Origin: an uncultured Gemmatimonadales bacterium | GTDB lineage: Bacteria > Gemmatimonadota > Gemmatimonadetes > Gemmatimonadales > GWC2-71-9 | Direction: 5' to 3' | Assembly (NCBI GenBank): GCA_963755425.1 | Contig: CAVWJI010000004.1 | Span: 61,621 to 125,620, forward strand | DNA: 64,000 nucleotides | In this document: positions 36,066 through 45,012 of the stretch, piece after piece | Layout of the letters: each line of letters starts with the position of its first letter | Position numbering within the stretch: position 1 is the first letter of the stretch | Made by a program: the position numbers and the translations under genes | The notes under the pieces: generated by a model | What the model saw: only the letters and a program-made list of their open reading frames with translations | What the model was told of the DNA's origin: nothing | Database searches by the model: none

Positions 36066-38408
36066 ATGACTCAAATGGTCAGGCGACTGTGCGCCTCGTT
36101 CCTTCTCTTCCTGCCGCTCTCGCTGCACGCGCAGGTTGCCGTACACGGCACGGTGGTCGATCAGCAGACCGGCGCGCCGATATCGGGGGCGACCGTCGTC
36201 GTGACCGGCAGCGCCACCGGCGTCACGACGAACGACGCCGGGACCTTCACGTTGACCTCATTGTCGAGCATCAGCAGCGTGACCGCAACGAGCCTCGGCT
36301 ACCTCCCGGCCACGGTAACGGTCACAAATCCCGACCAGACGATCAGCATCCGGCTGGCGCCGACCCCGGTCAAGTTGGCGGGAATCGAGGTATCCGCGCA
36401 GCGGCCCACGTCGTCGGTGGCGACGCTCACCAAGTCCGACCTCGATCGTGCCAGCGGGCTCTCGCTGGAGAATTCGGTCAACCTCGTGCCGGGTGTGCTG
36501 ATGCAGTCGCGCACCCCGTGGGGCGGGGCCCGGATCACCATCCGGGGCTATTACCCGAGCACCAGCGGCAACAGCCCCAACTCCAACGGCCTCGGCTACC
36601 AGGTGTTCCTCAACGACATTCCGGTCACCGACGCCACCGGTAGCACCGTGCTCGACGACATCGACTATTCGACGCTGGGGCGGGTGGAGGTCATCAAGGG
36701 CCCGTCGTCCAGCCGCTACGGCAGCGCCATCGGGGGAACCGTGGTGCTCACCACCGAGCGGCCGGTTCCCGACCAGACCAGCGTAGGCCAGCAAGTGCTG
36801 GCCGGCAGCGACGGGTTGTTCCGCAGCAACACCAATTTCCAGACTGCCACGAACACGTCGTCGATCGAGCTGAATTATGGTCACCAGGAATACAGCTCGT
36901 TCCGTCCGCACAGTGCGTCGACCAAGGACTACGTCCGCGCGTCCGGGGATTTCGACGTCGGCGACAACCAGATCCTGTCGACCTATTTCTCGTACACCAA
37001 TTCGCGTGAACAGCTGGCCGGTGAAATCGACAGCGCGGCCTTCTACGATCGCGAGGCGCAGAGCAATCCGGCGTATCTCGCCAATGACTCGCACATCAAC
37101 CTGCAGGGCGTGCTGGCCGGCGTGACCGACCACTACCACTTCAGTGACCTGTTCTCGAATCAGACCACGCTTTTCGTGGGCGGCCACGTCTCCAACCAGC
37201 CGTTTGCCCACGGCTTCACCGACGTGAACCAATTCAACGTCGGCGCCCGGTCGGAATTCGATTACGACGGTCAGGCCGGCAACGTCGGCATCACCGGTTC
37301 GCTGGGCACCATCGTGCAGCGCTCCAATCTGACGTCGAACGGCGTGTTCATCATCCCGGCACCGCCGTACGTCGAGCGGCCCACCGACCAGGAGAACTAC
37401 GCGACCGCGGTGTCAGTGTACAGTGAGTGGAGTTTCTCGTTCGCCGATCAACTGACCCTTACCGCCGGGGCCAGTCTCAATGACAACACCTTTGCCATCC
37501 ACAACGTGCTGGGCTCGAACAACCAGCTCTTCGATACCACCAGGGTGCAGGAGCGGGCGTTCAAGGCGGTCGTCACGCCGCGGGTCGCGCTGACCAAGGG
37601 CCTCGGGTCGCACGCGTCGGTCTACGCCGGCGTGAGCACCGGGTTCACCCCGCCGCTGTTGAGCAACACCATCGCCAACAACGGTACCGTGGACCTGTCG
37701 CTCAAGCCGGAGAAGGCCGTGCAGTACGAGTTGGGCACCCAGGGGAGCTTCATGGCCAACCGGCTCGACGGCCAGGTGTCGATCTATGACGTCGAGAACA
37801 CCGACAAGCTGGTCAGCGAAACGGCCAATTCGGTGACGTTCACCACCAACGCCGGCAAGCAGCGCAATCAGGGTGTCGAAGCGGCGCTGAGCTACCGGCT
37901 GGTCGATGACAAGTCGAAGGCCGTCTCGCGGGTGCAGCCATGGATCACGTACACGTACACCAGGGCCCGATTCGTCGACTTCAAGAGCGACAACAACGAC
38001 AACGCCGGTACGGTCGACTTCTCGGGCAACGCAGTGCCGCGCGTTCCGCCGAATGTCTACGCCGCGGGCCTCGATATCGGGACCAGCAGCGGCGTCTACC
38101 TCAACGGCTCATATCAATACGTCGACAGGGTGCCGGTGACGTTCGACAATTCCACCTACGTTCGCGGGTATCATCTGCTCGCTGCGAAGGTGGGTTACGA
38201 GGCCAGAGTGAGCCCGCACTGGCTGCTCAATGTCTTTGCGGGAGGCGACAACCTGACCAACAGCACCTATTACAGCTTCCTCTTCGTCGGTCCGAACTAC
38301 AAGGGACTGGCGCAGGCGGCCGATGGCGGCACCGGCGACGGCTATATCATCCCGGGGCCGTACAAGGCGACGCTCTACGCCAGCGGAACGCTGCAGTACG
38401 TGTTCTGA
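36066..38408 (+). CDS. TonB-dependent outer-membrane receptor with N-terminal carboxypeptidase-regulatory-like domain
   Basis: Signal peptide, a GTVVDQQTGAPISGATVVV CarbopepD_reg-like segment, a plug domain, and a barrel ending ..GTLQYVF (terminal aromatic residue). Confidence 0.85.
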   Translation: MTQMVRRLCASFLLFLPLSLHAQVAVHGTVVDQQTGAPISGATVVVTGSATGVTTNDAGTFTLTSLSSISSVTATSLGYLPATVTVTNPDQTISIRLAPTPVKLAGIEVSAQRPTSSVATLTKSDLDRASGLSLENSVNLVPGVLMQSRTPWGGARITIRGYYPSTSGNSPNSNGLGYQVFLNDIPVTDATGSTVLDDIDYSTLGRVEVIKGPSSSRYGSAIGGTVVLTTERPVPDQTSVGQQVLAGSDGLFRSNTNFQTATNTSSIELNYGHQEYSSFRPHSASTKDYVRASGDFDVGDNQILSTYFSYTNSREQLAGEIDSAAFYDREAQSNPAYLANDSHINLQGVLAGVTDHYHFSDLFSNQTTLFVGGHVSNQPFAHGFTDVNQFNVGARSEFDYDGQAGNVGITGSLGTIVQRSNLTSNGVFIIPAPPYVERPTDQENYATAVSVYSEWSFSFADQLTLTAGASLNDNTFAIHNVLGSNNQLFDTTRVQERAFKAVVTPRVALTKGLGSHASVYAGVSTGFTPPLLSNTIANNGTVDLSLKPEKAVQYELGTQGSFMANRLDGQVSIYDVENTDKLVSETANSVTFTTNAGKQRNQGVEAALSYRLVDDKSKAVSRVQPWITYTYTRARFVDFKSDNNDNAGTVDFSGNAVPRVPPNVYAAGLDIGTSSGVYLNGSYQYVDRVPVTFDNSTYVRGYHLLAAKVGYEARVSPHWLLNVFAGGDNLTNSTYYSFLFVGPNYKGLAQAADGGTGDGYIIPGPYKATLYASGTLQYVF

Positions 38409-38430
38409 GTGACCGGGGTCGAGTGAAGCA

Positions 38431-38464
38431 CCGCGGGGCCGGACGGCGATGTCCGGCCCCGCGG
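38431..38464 (+). terminator. Strong GC hairpin after the TonB-dependent receptor gene
   Basis: ccgcggggccggac-ggcgat-gtccggccccgcgg, a 14-bp perfect stem. Confidence 0.6.
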
Positions 38465-38573
38465 CCTGCCGGGGGTCAGGAAAGGGGCGGATCCGACAGC
38501 CGCTCCCCGACGTTTCCAGAGCGCAGAACCGCGCCACGAGGGCCCATCACCCTCCGGGCGTTAGTTTTCCGAG

Positions 38574-40940
38574 ATGCCCGACGACATTCAGGCCAGGCTG
38601 CAGCGCACCCTCACCGGCGCGTATACCCTCGAACGCGAACTGGGTGGCGGCGGAATGTCGCGAGTGTTCCTGGCCACTGACATCGCCCTCGGCCGCGAGG
38701 TCGTGGTCAAGGTGCTGCCGACCGAGATGTCCGGCGAGCTCGCCATCGAACGGTTCCGTCGCGAGATCTCCATCGCCGCCCGACTGCAGCATCCGCACGT
38801 GGTGCCGCTGCTCGCCGCGGGCGACGTGGACGGACTCCCCTTCTTCACCATGCCGTTCGTCGCCGGTGAATCGCTGCGCGTCCGACTGGCCCGCGAAGGC
38901 GAACTCCCCATCCCCGAGGCGGTGCGAATCCTCCGCGAGGTGGCGAGTGCACTGGCCTATGCGCATGCGCACAACGTCGTCCACCGCGACATCAAACCGG
39001 AGAATATCCTCCTCTCCGGCGGTGCCGCGATGGTCACCGATTTCGGCGTCGCGAAAGCGGTCGACGCCGCGACGACCAACGCCGGGGGCGGCATCACGTC
39101 GGTCGGTGTGGCGCTGGGCACGCCGGCCTACATGGCGCCGGAACAGGCCAGCGCCGACCCGGCGCTGGATCAACGCGCCGACATCTACGCCTGGGGCGTG
39201 CTGGCCTACGAGATGATCTGCGGGCAGGCACCCTTCGCCGGCCGCACGTCTCAGGCCATGATCGCCGCCCACATCGCCGAGGCGCCGGAAGACCTTTCCC
39301 GCCGCCGTCCCGGCGCGCCACAGGCGCTGACCGACCTCGTGATGCGCTGTCTCGCCAAGCGCCCCGCGGATCGTCCGCAGACCGCCGACGAGCTGGTCCG
39401 GGCACTCGACACGATTGCCATCACCGGCCGTGGGCACGCCGTCGCCGCCACGCGTCGCTCCGTCGGCCGCATCGCGGTGCTGGTGGTGGTGGCGCTGGCG
39501 CTGACGGCGGCCGCGGTCTGGTACGTCCGGCGGGGATCGTCGTTGTCGGCGCCGTCGGGGGTCCGATCGCTCGCAGTGCTTCCCATCGACAACGTCGGCG
39601 GCGACTCCACCAAGGAGTATCTCGCCGATGGCATGACCACCGAAATGGCGAGTGCGCTCCGGCAGACTCCCGGCCTGCAGGTAGTGGGTGATCTCAGCAC
39701 GTTCCGCTACAAGCACACCGGGCTTCCGCCCGATCAGATCGCACGAGCACTGCATGTGGCGATGCTGCTGACCGGCCGGATGCAGTCGCAGGGCGGCAGA
39801 ATCCGGCTGCAGATGCAGCTCAACGACGCCGCCGGCAAGCTCCTCTGGTCGAATCAGTACGATCGCGAAAACAAGGACAATTTCGCGTTGCAGGACGAGA
39901 TCACCCGCTCCGTCGCCAACGAATTGCGCCTGGTGCTCTCGCCCTCGGCGGAGGCGGTCGTGCGCGCCGGCCGCACCGACAATCCCGAAGCCCACGACCT
40001 CTATCTCCGCGGAATGTTCGAGAAGAACAAGCTGAGCGAATTGGGGCTGACGCGGGCGATCGCCCTCTTCCAACAGGCACTCGACCTCGACCCCGACTAC
40101 GCGCAGGCGGCGGCAGCGATGGGGTTTTCCCACGACATGCTCGCCGACGCCTATCGGCCGTCGCATCCGGAACACGAACTCGCCATGGAGGCGGCCAGAC
40201 GGGCGCTCAAGAGCGACAGCATGCTGGCCGAAGCGCATGTTCTCTACGGCTTCGAACTCGCCGCGGCCCGGTGGGACATGGCCGGGGGCCTGGCGGAGAT
40301 GCAGCGTGGACTGGCGTTGAATCCCAATTCGCCGGACGGCCTGTTCATGTACGGCTCGTTCCTCGGCATCACGGGCGAGACGGATGAGGCGGTAAAAGTC
40401 GCTGACCGGCTGATCAAGGTCGATCCGCTCTCGGCGATGGCGTCGATGGCGCGCGAGTTGGCCCTGGCCTTCGGCGGTCGCCCGGCCGAAGCGCTGCGGC
40501 AGGACAGTATTACCAAGTCGCTCGACCCGACGGTGGTGTATGGTGACGCCTGGGACGGAATGGCGCTGCGGGACCTTGGGCGGCTGGACGAATCTGTCGA
40601 CGCCTACCGCCGGTTCGAATCGCTGACCGGGCAACCACCGTTCGGCCTGGCGATGACCTGGGCCCGGATGGGAAAGCGGACCGAGGCGCTGCAGATCATC
40701 ACGCAATTGGAGCAGATCGCCCGCACCCAGTGGGTCGATCCCTGCTTCATCGCCGCCGCCTGGGCCAGTGTCGGCGAGAACGACCGCGCCATGACGTGGC
40801 TGCAGCAGGCTTTCCGCGACAAGGACTGGGTGCTCCGCTTCCTGATGAACTACGATTCGGAATGGCTGCGACCGCTCAAGGACGATCCGCGGTTCGCCGG
40901 CCTGCGGAATCAGGTGCTCGCGGCACGGTTCTCGGACTAG
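38574..40940 (+). CDS. Ser/Thr kinase - TM - TolB_N-like domain - TPR repeats (the only kinase on the plus strand)
   Basis: 788 aa, intact, with HRDIKPENILL, a TM segment and LAVLPIDN..YLADG followed by TPR. Confidence 0.9.
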   Translation: MPDDIQARLQRTLTGAYTLERELGGGGMSRVFLATDIALGREVVVKVLPTEMSGELAIERFRREISIAARLQHPHVVPLLAAGDVDGLPFFTMPFVAGESLRVRLAREGELPIPEAVRILREVASALAYAHAHNVVHRDIKPENILLSGGAAMVTDFGVAKAVDAATTNAGGGITSVGVALGTPAYMAPEQASADPALDQRADIYAWGVLAYEMICGQAPFAGRTSQAMIAAHIAEAPEDLSRRRPGAPQALTDLVMRCLAKRPADRPQTADELVRALDTIAITGRGHAVAATRRSVGRIAVLVVVALALTAAAVWYVRRGSSLSAPSGVRSLAVLPIDNVGGDSTKEYLADGMTTEMASALRQTPGLQVVGDLSTFRYKHTGLPPDQIARALHVAMLLTGRMQSQGGRIRLQMQLNDAAGKLLWSNQYDRENKDNFALQDEITRSVANELRLVLSPSAEAVVRAGRTDNPEAHDLYLRGMFEKNKLSELGLTRAIALFQQALDLDPDYAQAAAAMGFSHDMLADAYRPSHPEHELAMEAARRALKSDSMLAEAHVLYGFELAAARWDMAGGLAEMQRGLALNPNSPDGLFMYGSFLGITGETDEAVKVADRLIKVDPLSAMASMARELALAFGGRPAEALRQDSITKSLDPTVVYGDAWDGMALRDLGRLDESVDAYRRFESLTGQPPFGLAMTWARMGKRTEALQIITQLEQIARTQWVDPCFIAAAWASVGENDRAMTWLQQAFRDKDWVLRFLMNYDSEWLRPLKDDPRFAGLRNQVLAARFSD

Positions 40941-40958
40941 TCGGACCAGGGCGCTCCG

Positions 40959-41402
40959 TCACACCCGCTTGGTACGCACCCCACGCCGGGCCCGCCACGC
41001 CCGCCACGCCACCGCGGCTGCGAAACCCACGATCGGCCCGACCAGCACCTGATTCAGGAACTGCGCCCCGAGGATTCCGCCGATGGCCGTGCCCACGATC
41101 GCGGTCACCAGAATCCTCCAGAGCGGAATGCGTCGCAGCGCCGTGAACCCGGCCAGCGGCATCAGTACCGCGCCGAACGCGGCGCCGAGCAACGTCACGT
41201 CGACCAATACGCTGGGCAACACCCCCAACCACGCGCGCTGGAACACGAGTAACCAGGTTGCCGCCGACAGGATCCCGGCGATGGCACCGCCCGCCGCGCC
41301 GAGCGCCGCGACTTCGACTGCGACCAGCGCCAGGCGAACTGGCGACCGTCGTTCCAGGCGCATGCCGCCGGTGTGCTCCAGCGCCACATCGTGATTCGTC
41401 AT
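40959..41402 (-). CDS. Small membrane protein
   Basis: MTNHDVALEHTGGMRLERRSP.. followed by four hydrophobic segments. I chose the start at 41402. Confidence 0.5.
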   Translation of the reverse strand: MTNHDVALEHTGGMRLERRSPVRLALVAVEVAALGAAGGAIAGILSAATWLLVFQRAWLGVLPSVLVDVTLLGAAFGAVLMPLAGFTALRRIPLWRILVTAIVGTAIGGILGAQFLNQVLVGPIVGFAAAVAWRAWRARRGVRTKRV

Positions 41403-41536
41403 GCGTCCTCCACTCACGTTCGGGGCAGGATCCGGGCCGCACTCCCGACGGCACGCGCCGTCTGCGCTTTCCAAAGTTCTCGCATTGCGGGATTGATGTC
41501 CATCCTGGTGCCGCAGGCGCAGCCAGCGGATAGCAA

Positions 41537-41554
41537 GTGTTTCACTCGTGAAAC
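41537..41554. promoter_or_regulatory. 18-bp perfect palindrome TGTTTCAC-TC-GTGAAACA
   Basis: It lies in the intergenic region between 41402 and 41589. The 2-nt spacer is too short for a hairpin loop, so a dimeric protein-binding site is more likely than a terminator. Confidence 0.4.
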
Positions 41555-41588
41555 AGGAATCGCTGATGAACGCGGTCCACAAGTGCTA

Positions 41589-42209
41589 TCAGGCAGCGGC
41601 GTCGAGCTTCCGGATTTCGCGATCCTGGAGCCATGGCAAACAGGACATCGCCGCCAGCGCGCCGATCAGCGCCATGCCCATGTCCGTCTGCGTGTCCCAC
41701 GGATCGCCCTGGGTGCCAAGGAATGCATCGGCGCCCTGGCCGAACGCCACCGCCGCGCCCCATTCCACCAGTTCGTAAAGCAGGCTCACCGACAGGGCGA
41801 TGGCAATCGACAACGTGGTAGTCCACCCGCCCGGCTTGACGATCCGTTTGCGCAGGAAGACTTCGCGCGCGATCAGCGCCGGCACCAGCCCCTGCGCAAA
41901 GTGTCCCAGCTTGTCGTACGGATTGCGGTGCAGGTGCAGCACCGACTCCATCCAGAATCCGAGCGGTACCCGGGCGTAGGTATAGGCGCCGCCGACGAGC
42001 AGGATCGTTGCCTGACAGGCGATCAGCACGTAGACCAGCGGTGTCAGCGGAAACCGGTACCAGCTCCAGATCAGGAACGGCGCCGCGAGGAATATCGGCG
42101 CCACCTCCATGTACCATGTCCCGCGGTCGTACGGGTGGAGGCCGGAGACAACGAGCAACGCGACCACCACCAGCGCCAGGATCAGGATCCAGCGGGGCCT
42201 GCTCGTCAT
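41589..42209 (-). CDS. DUF2238/YjdF-like membrane protein
   Basis: 206 aa with ..NPYDKLGHFAQG..LYELVEW.. motifs. Confidence 0.7.
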   Translation of the reverse strand: MTSRPRWILILALVVVALLVVSGLHPYDRGTWYMEVAPIFLAAPFLIWSWYRFPLTPLVYVLIACQATILLVGGAYTYARVPLGFWMESVLHLHRNPYDKLGHFAQGLVPALIAREVFLRKRIVKPGGWTTTLSIAIALSVSLLYELVEWGAAVAFGQGADAFLGTQGDPWDTQTDMGMALIGALAAMSCLPWLQDREIRKLDAAA

Positions 42210-42238
42210 GTTGCCTCCGGTGCGTCGTCCGGTGCGGC

Positions 42239-43219
42239 CTACCAGCCCAGGATCATCGCGAACATCAGCGGTGCCACGATGCTCGCGTCGCTCTCCACGA
42301 TGAACTTCGGCGTGTCCGCTTCGAGCTTGCCCCAGGTGATCTTCTCGTTCGGCACCGCCCCTGAATAGCTGCCGTAGCTGGTGGTCGAGTCGGAGATCTG
42401 GCAGAAGTAACTCCACACCGGCACGTCGGGGCGCTGGAGGTCCTGGTGCAGCATCGGCACGACGCAGATCGGGAAATCGCCGGCGATACCGCCGCCGATC
42501 TGGAAGAACCCGAGTCCCGCGCCACCGCTGTTCGCCGTGTACCAGTCGGCCAGCCCCATCATGTATTCGATGCCGGTCCGCACCGTGTGCACATGCTTGA
42601 CGTCGCCGCTGATGCAGTGCCCGGCGTACATGTTGCCCAGCGTCGAGTCTTCCCACCCCGGCACCCAGATGGGCAGGTTCTTCTCGCACGCCGCCAGCAT
42701 CCACGAATCCTTCGGGTCGATCTGGTAGTACTGCTTCAGCTTGCCGCCGCGCAGCACCCGGTAGAAGAACTCGTGCGGGAAATACCGCTCGCCCGCCTGG
42801 TCGGCGGCCATCCACTCGTCGAGTACCGCCCCCTCCAGCCGCCGCATCGCCTCCATTTCGGGGATGCAGGTGTCGGTGACCCGGTTCATGTGCCGGGCGA
42901 GCAGGTCGGCTTCGTCGCGGGGGGTCAGATCGCGGTAGTGCGGCACGCGTTCGTAGTAGTCGTGCGCCACCAGGTTGAAGATGTCCTCTTCCAGGTTGGC
43001 GCCGGTGCAGGTGATCGTCTGCACCTTGTCGCGACGGATCATCTCGGCCAGCGACAACCCCAGCTCCGCGGTACTCATTGCCCCCGCGAGCGTGATCATC
43101 ATCCGGCCGCCCTGGTCGAGATGCGCGGCATACGCATCGGCGGCATCGATCAGGGTGGCGGCGTTGAAGTGCCGGTAATGATGGCGGACGAACGTTGAAA
43201 TCGGGCCGGCCTTCGACAT
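42239..43219 (-). CDS. Deoxyhypusine-synthase-family protein
   Basis: 326 aa, MSKAGPISTF..MMITLAGAMSTAELG..CTGANLEEDIF..IGGGIAGDF.., typical of the bacterial DHS-like family. Confidence 0.8.
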   Translation of the reverse strand: MSKAGPISTFVRHHYRHFNAATLIDAADAYAAHLDQGGRMMITLAGAMSTAELGLSLAEMIRRDKVQTITCTGANLEEDIFNLVAHDYYERVPHYRDLTPRDEADLLARHMNRVTDTCIPEMEAMRRLEGAVLDEWMAADQAGERYFPHEFFYRVLRGGKLKQYYQIDPKDSWMLAACEKNLPIWVPGWEDSTLGNMYAGHCISGDVKHVHTVRTGIEYMMGLADWYTANSGGAGLGFFQIGGGIAGDFPICVVPMLHQDLQRPDVPVWSYFCQISDSTTSYGSYSGAVPNEKITWGKLEADTPKFIVESDASIVAPLMFAMILGW

Positions 43220-43311
43220 GGTGCGACTCCCCGGGGGTGACGGCGAACGGAACGAGCGCGAAAAACATAGGACCACGACCAGTCCGCCGCCACGCGGCAT
43301 TACCTTCGGGC

Positions 43312-44466
43312 GTGTCTTCCCGATCACCGCACGAATGCTGGGCGACGGTTGCCCCCGGACTCGAAGCATTGGCCGCCGCGGAACTCTCGTCACTCGGCGC
43401 ACCGGCCCCGGCCTCCGAGCCGGGCGGCGTTGCCTTCCGCGCCGACGCGGCGTTCCTGGCGGGAGCGCTGCTGCAGCTCCGCATTCCCAACAGCATCCTG
43501 GTGCGCCTGGCCACGTTTCGCGCCAATGCCTTCGGCGAACTGGAGCGGAACGCCGGCCGGATCGACTGGGGACGTGTCGTGGCACCCGGGGCAGCTGTTC
43601 ACTTTCGCGTCACGTCGAAGAAGTCGCGCCTCTATCATCAGGACGCCATCGCCGAGCGGCTCGAGCGGTCGGTCGTGGCGGCGGTGAAGGGCGTGACGGC
43701 GGTCCGCGCACCGTCTGACGCCGTGGCGCTGGAAGACGATGTCAGCGTGCTCCCGCGGGTGCAGCGTATCGTGGTCCGGGTCTTCCGCGATGAGTTCCTG
43801 ATCTCCGCCGACGCATCCGGCCCGCTGCTGCACCGCCGCGGGTGGCGCCAGGTCACCGCCAAGGCGCCGGTGCGCGAGACCCTGGCCGCGGCACTCCTGG
43901 CGGCCGCACCCTGGGCCGGCGAGACGCCGTTGCTCGATCCGTTCTGCGGGGCGGGCACCATCGCCATCGAAGCGGCGCAGATCGCGCGGGGCATGGCGGC
44001 CGGGCGCGATCGCCGCTTTGCCGCCGAATCATGGCCGATGCTCGACGACAAGGTGATGGCGGCGGCACGCCGGCAGCTGCGCGCGGCGGAGCGCCCGGCC
44101 GCGGGCGTCCTGATTGCGGCGCGCGATCGCGACGCCGGCGCCGTTGCGGCGGCGCGTGCCAACGCCGAACGGGCCGGGGTCGCAGCCGACCTGTCGATCG
44201 AGCGAGCGGCGATTTCGACGCTCACGGACGACGCCGGAACCGGATGGATCGTCACCAACCCGCCCTACGGTGCGCGCCTCGGCGACCAGCGCGCGCTGCG
44301 CGACCTCTACGCGGCGCTTGGCAACGTGATCCGCCGGCGCCGTCCCGCGTGGCACATTGCCATGCTCAGCAGCTCCCGCATGCTCGACCAGCAGACCGGA
44401 ATGGCCTGGACCGAATGCGCCGCCACGACCAACGGGGGGATTCCGGTGCGGCTGCTGCGCGCCTGA
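43312..44466 (+). CDS. THUMP-domain class I SAM-dependent RNA methyltransferase (RlmL/COG0116-like)
   Basis: The THUMP-like N-terminus is followed by DPFCGAGTIAIEAA (SAM motif I) and NPPYG. The GTG start at 43312 is uncertain. Confidence 0.75.
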   Translation: MSSRSPHECWATVAPGLEALAAAELSSLGAPAPASEPGGVAFRADAAFLAGALLQLRIPNSILVRLATFRANAFGELERNAGRIDWGRVVAPGAAVHFRVTSKKSRLYHQDAIAERLERSVVAAVKGVTAVRAPSDAVALEDDVSVLPRVQRIVVRVFRDEFLISADASGPLLHRRGWRQVTAKAPVRETLAAALLAAAPWAGETPLLDPFCGAGTIAIEAAQIARGMAAGRDRRFAAESWPMLDDKVMAAARRQLRAAERPAAGVLIAARDRDAGAVAAARANAERAGVAADLSIERAAISTLTDDAGTGWIVTNPPYGARLGDQRALRDLYAALGNVIRRRRPAWHIAMLSSSRMLDQQTGMAWTECAATTNGGIPVRLLRA

Positions 44467-44471
44467 GCGCG

Positions 44472-45002
44472 CTACGATCCCTGCGTCAGGCGCGCCATCC
44501 GCTCACTCCAGATCCGCGTCAGTTCCCAGCGCATGCCGTGCAGGGTGAAGGTGTAGATGCCGGCCTGGTCGGGCGGCACGCCGAGGGGGTGAATGGAGAC
44601 GTCGACGCGGACCGGCGAGCGGTAGGCATAGTGCGTCGTGGGCACCAGGCCGGGACCGTCGTCCGAGCCGGCGGCGCCTGAGGGGTCCGCACTGAACGAC
44701 GCCACGAGCTGTTCCAGCCCCTGCGGCGTCGCCATCGAGTCGACCAGCATCGAGACCAGCGCGGCCGTGTGGGCCGGATCACGTTGCCCGCCGCGCGAAA
44801 GCACCGCGCCGAAATCGCGGCTGAAGTTGGCCCGCAGCGCCGGAAAATCGACCGACCGATCGACCGCCGCCACGTCGTTGGTGGCCACGCCGTGCAGAAA
44901 CGTTCCGAACGCCCGGCGCGGCATGACCACGTACCACCCGGCGGCCACCAGTACCGTGAATCCCACCAGCCAGAACAGCGGTGACGAACGCAGCCTCATC
45001 AT
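44472..45002 (-). CDS. DUF2939-like membrane-anchored protein
   Basis: N-terminal TM segment followed by VATNDVAAVDRSVDFPALRANF... Confidence 0.6.
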   Translation of the reverse strand: MMRLRSSPLFWLVGFTVLVAAGWYVVMPRRAFGTFLHGVATNDVAAVDRSVDFPALRANFSRDFGAVLSRGGQRDPAHTAALVSMLVDSMATPQGLEQLVASFSADPSGAAGSDDGPGLVPTTHYAYRSPVRVDVSIHPLGVPPDQAGIYTFTLHGMRWELTRIWSERMARLTQGS

Positions 45003-45012
45003 CGCTCCACCG

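Noticed and set aside
38547-40706. A 719-aa minus-strand ORF.
   Set aside because: It is antisense to the intact plus-strand kinase 38574..40940, with the same low-complexity composition. I treat it as a shadow ORF.
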